In this document: positions 27,722-30,745 of the stretch, piece by piece
Layout: every line of letters starts with the position of its first letter
Numbering within the stretch: position 1 is the first letter of the stretch
Source: Eubacteriales Family XIII. Incertae Sedis bacterium
GTDB lineage: Bacteria > Bacillota > Clostridia > Peptostreptococcales > Anaerovoracaceae
Direction of reading: 5' to 3'
DNA length: 30,745 bases
Assembly: GCA_031254995.1 (NCBI GenBank)
Contig: JAIRTJ010000095.1
Location: 1 to 30,745, forward strand
Position numbers and translations under genes: made by a program
Notes under the pieces: model-generated
The model's input: only the letters and a program-made list of their open reading frames with translations
Databases searched by the model: none
Told to the model about the DNA's origin: nothing

Positions 27722-28381
27722 ATGGAATTGAAAGAAGCAATGCATAAACGACAGAGCGTAAGGAAATTCAAGGCGGACGACGTACCGAATGCCGATATTT
27801 CGGAAATGATCGAAGCGGCTCGCGTCGCGCCATCCGGTAAAAATCTACAAAATTGGCATTTTATCGTAATAAAGAACAGGGAACTGATCGACAAGGCCGC
27901 GGAAGCGGTTCGAAGCAAGAACGAGGAGATTTCAAAGCGCATGGATGTCGCGGACAAGACGAAGGGCGACAGATTTCGAAAGTTTGCGAAGAATTTCACG
28001 CTGTTTTTCACAGGGGCGCCCGTGCTCATCGTCGTCATGACGGAAACCTACATCCCGTCGGGATATGCGGAATACGAATTTATCGGTGCGGATCCTCAGA
28101 TATTGGACGACCTTATGCGCTATCGGAATCCGGGTATGCAGAGTCTCGGCGCGGCCGTCGAGCATCTGTATCTGAGAGCGGTCGATCTCGGATACGGCTG
28201 TTGTTGGCTTACGAGCGCGAACTACGCGGCCGCCGCCATCGAAGAGCTTGTTCGCGCGGAAGCGGGATTCGACAAGGAAGGGTATTACATGGCTGCGCTC
28301 ATCGCATTGGGCGTACCGGACGGCGCGTCGAAAAGTCCCGGACGAAAGACCCCGGAAGAGATATATACATTGGTGGAGTGA
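27722..28381 (+). CDS. Nitroreductase family flavoprotein
   Basis: AMHKRQSVRKFK, APSGKNLQNWHFIV, LYLRAVDLGYGCCW, LIALG; GGTGA SD. Confidence 0.9.
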   Translation: MELKEAMHKRQSVRKFKADDVPNADISEMIEAARVAPSGKNLQNWHFIVIKNRELIDKAAEAVRSKNEEISKRMDVADKTKGDRFRKFAKNFTLFFTGAPVLIVVMTETYIPSGYAEYEFIGADPQILDDLMRYRNPGMQSLGAAVEHLYLRAVDLGYGCCWLTSANYAAAAIEELVRAEAGFDKEGYYMAALIALGVPDGASKSPGRKTPEEIYTLVE

Positions 28382-28472
28382 GTCGCGCCTGCGCTGATCC
28401 GGGTTTGGGGCGCGCGCGTCGACTCGGATTTCGGGCAATCATGTTATCGCAAGCGAAGAGAGGTATGATGAA

Positions 28473-29255
28473 ATGAAGGATTACAAGACAATAATCGTAA
28501 CTGTTAGCGAAGGCATCGCCGTCGTGAAGATCAACAGACCCGAGGCGTTGAACGCACTGAACGGAGATGTGTTGGACGACCTTGCGGACGCGTTCGGCTT
28601 TATCGCGAAAGCGGACGAAGTAAAGGGCGCGATCATCACGGGCGAGGGCCGTTCGTTCGTCGCCGGCGCGGATATCGCGGCCATGAGCAAGATGGGCATG
28701 ATCGATGGCCGGGATTTCACGCTGAAAGGGCAAGCCGTGATGTCGCTCGTCGAAAACATTGAAAAGCCGGTCGTCGCGGCCGTGAACGGGTTCGCGTTGG
28801 GCGGCGGTTGCGAGCTCGCCATGTCGTGCGATGTGAGATTCGCATCGGAAAAGGCGAAGTTCGGACAACCCGAGGTCAATCTCGGCATCATCCCGGGATT
28901 CGGCGGGACGCAACGCTTGCAGCGGCTAGTGGGCAAAGGCATGGCCAAGTATCTCATCTACAGCGCGGAGATCATCGACGCGGCGGAGGCGATGCGCATC
29001 GGATTGGTCGAGAAGGTATTTCCGCCCGACGAACTGCTCTCCGAGGCGACCGCTTGGTTGCAACAGGTCTTGAACAAGGCTCCCATAGCCGTGCGCATGG
29101 CCAAGGTCTCGATCAACAACGGCGCGAACATGGATGTCAAATCGGCGATCTCGTTTGAAACGGAAGCGTCCACTGTCGCGTTCGCGTCCGAAGACAGGGT
29201 CGAGGGCATGGTCGCGTTCGTCGAAAAACGGCAGGCATCCTTCAAGAACAAATAG
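28473..29255 (+). CDS. crt: Short-chain enoyl-CoA hydratase (crotonase)
   Basis: INRPEALNALN, FVAGADI, NGFALGGGCELAMSCD, GQPEVNLGIIPGFGGTQRL. Confidence 0.88.
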   Translation: MKDYKTIIVTVSEGIAVVKINRPEALNALNGDVLDDLADAFGFIAKADEVKGAIITGEGRSFVAGADIAAMSKMGMIDGRDFTLKGQAVMSLVENIEKPVVAAVNGFALGGGCELAMSCDVRFASEKAKFGQPEVNLGIIPGFGGTQRLQRLVGKGMAKYLIYSAEIIDAAEAMRIGLVEKVFPPDELLSEATAWLQQVLNKAPIAVRMAKVSINNGANMDVKSAISFETEASTVAFASEDRVEGMVAFVEKRQASFKNK

Positions 29256-29327
29256 CATCAGGCTTCGGCTTTTGGGAACGGAGATATCGGCGAAACCCGA
29301 GGCAAAACAAGAAATTTCAAAAAACTA

Positions 29328-29356
29328 TTGAACATGTGTTCGCATTGTAATATAAT
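29328..29356 (+). promoter_or_regulatory. SigA promoter of the radical SAM gene
   Basis: TTGAAC-N17-TATAAT. Confidence 0.8.
29330..29341. promoter_or_regulatory. LexA (Firmicute Cheo/SOS) box 1, overlapping the -35
   Basis: GAAC-ATGT-GTTC. Confidence 0.8.
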
Positions 29357-29368
29357 GAACGCATGTTC
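29357..29368. promoter_or_regulatory. LexA (Firmicute Cheo/SOS) box 2, covering the predicted transcription start
   Basis: GAAC-GCAT-GTTC immediately after TATAAT. Confidence 0.8.
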
Positions 29369-29489
29369 TTTTATTTTTGCCGCGCCTCCGAAGGATGAAA
29401 AAAGGGGGCGCGCCGGCGGGAGGCGCAACGCGATCCTGCGCGAATATGGCATTGCGCGCGTTCGGTTCGCGTTTGCCGGAGGAAATCGG

Positions 29490-30745
29490 ATGGAAAGCAG
29501 GGTGTTTGAGAAGTTGACGATACTCGGCGAAGGTGCGAAATACGACGTTTCGTGTTCGTCGAGCGGCGTTTCGCGCAGCAACGCGGGCAGAATAGGGAGC
29601 GCCGTCTGCGCAGGCATCTGCCATTCTTGGACGGCGGACGGACGGTGCATCAGCCTGCTCAAAGTGCTCTTGTCAAACGATTGCGCATACGATTGCAAAT
29701 ACTGCGTAAACCGGCGTACGGCGGATGTGCGGCGTTGCACCTTCGAACCCTCGGAGTTGGCGAATCTATCGATGGAATTCTACAGGCGCAATTACATCGA
29801 GGGGCTTTTTCTGAGTTCGGCGGTCATGGTTTCGCCCGATTATACGGCGGAACGCATGTACGAGTGCCTGTATCTGTTGCGGGAGGTATTCGGTTTCGTC
29901 GGATACATTCACGCCAAGGTGATTCCCGGTGTCTCGCCCGAGCTCTTGAGCAGAATAGGCTTCGTGTCGGATCGTATGAGCGTCAATGTGGAGTTGCCGT
30001 CCGGCGAGAGCCTTAAAAAGTTGGCGCCCCAGAAAAATCCTTCGGCGATTTTCGCTCCGATGAGGCAGATCGCGAAGACGCAGGCGGAACAGAGAACCCT
30101 GAAATTCGCAGGTTCCATGGGAAAGTTTCGAACCGAGGGCGCAAACGTCTCCGTCGGTGACGGAAGCTTGTCCGAGATCATGGAGCGTTACGTCGGGGAC
30201 GCGCCCGAGAACGCGATTTTTGCGAACGACGCGCGCCCTCCCGCAACGTTGCGCGGCAAACGCTGCCGCGAGAAATTCGCCCCTGCGGGTCAGACCACGC
30301 AGATGATCGTCGGCGCGTCTTCGGAAAGCGATCGCCGGATTCTTGGGATATCGGAAGCTCTCTATCGCAAGTTTTCGCTCAAGCGCGTGTATTTTTCCGC
30401 TTACATACCCGTTTCGTCTCACCCGGATCTCCCGGATCCCGTCGCGCCGCCGCCGTTGAAGCGCGAGCATCGACTGTATCAAGCGGATTGGCTTTTGCGA
30501 TTTTACGGGTTTACAGCCGACGAGATACTCCCCGAAGGAAATCCGAATCTGGACTGTGACCTGGATCCGAAAATCGTTTGGGCATTGCGACACATAGGGA
30601 GATTCCCCATCGAGATCAACAAGGCGTCGCAGGAAGAGCTTTTGCGCATACCCGGCGTCGGCAATGTCTCCGCGATCCGGATTATGCGTCAAAGACGGGT
30701 GGCGGCCGTGCGGTACGAAGATCTGAAGAAGATGGGCGTGGTTCT
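29490..30745 (+). CDS. Putative DNA modification/repair radical SAM protein (TIGR03916-type), truncated by the window edge
   Basis: Hand translation from ATG 29490 (GGAGG SD): AKYDVSCSSSG, GICHSWTADGRCISLLK, NDCAYDCKYC (CxxxCxxC), FAPAGQTTQMIVGA, REHRLYQADWLLRFYGF, HhH LLRIPGVG. Not in the ORF track. Confidence 0.93.
   Translation, partial: MESRVFEKLTILGEGAKYDVSCSSSGVSRSNAGRIGSAVCAGICHSWTADGRCISLLKVLLSNDCAYDCKYCVNRRTADVRRCTFEPSELANLSMEFYRRNYIEGLFLSSAVMVSPDYTAERMYECLYLLREVFGFVGYIHAKVIPGVSPELLSRIGFVSDRMSVNVELPSGESLKKLAPQKNPSAIFAPMRQIAKTQAEQRTLKFAGSMGKFRTEGANVSVGDGSLSEIMERYVGDAPENAIFANDARPPATLRGKRCREKFAPAGQTTQMIVGASSESDRRILGISEALYRKFSLKRVYFSAYIPVSSHPDLPDPVAPPPLKREHRLYQADWLLRFYGFTADEILPEGNPNLDCDLDPKIVWALRHIGRFPIEINKASQEELLRIPGVGNVSAIRIMRQRRVAAVRYEDLKKMGVV

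Noticed and set aside
29766-30692. 308-aa minus-strand ORF at the right end
   Set aside because: Antisense to the radical SAM gene, which is clearly supported on the plus strand.

Overview
Core-chromosome window from a GC-rich member of the Clostridia. Anaerovoracaceae/Peptostreptococcales-like affinity is an inference only. No mobile element, CRISPR array, rRNA or tRNA was seen. Left to right: a minus-strand cluster (CDGSH Fe-S protein, glnS, malic enzyme, fumC truncated by the window edge); putrescine aminotransferase patA behind a near-consensus sigma54 promoter; a YbtPQ/IrtAB-like heterodimeric ABC transporter with a duplicated promoter/palindromic operator; an orphan LegC/DegT-type aminotransferase followed by NADP-type icd; a small EncFtn-like ferritin; a YdbS/YdbT pair; an M23 peptidase-walR-walK-like unit; the conserved block rpsF-ssb-rpsR-gdpP-rplI-dnaB-purA-dnaD; a nitroreductase; a crotonase; and a TIGR03916-type radical SAM gene that runs off the right edge. 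fumC and the radical SAM gene are absent from the supplied ORF track and were translated by hand. The most interesting signals are: (1) DnaD fused to what looks like the Zn-binding N-terminal module of the clostridial helicase loader, without its ATPase; (2) four WalR-like hexamers at exact 11-bp phase just downstream of the M23-walRK promoter; (3) a 58-bp-period duplicated promoter+operator before the ABC transporter; (4) two LexA boxes bracketing the radical SAM promoter; (5) an ATG exactly 6 nt after TATAAT in three separate promoters, suggesting leaderless translation. All calls come from reading motifs by eye. No database search was run.
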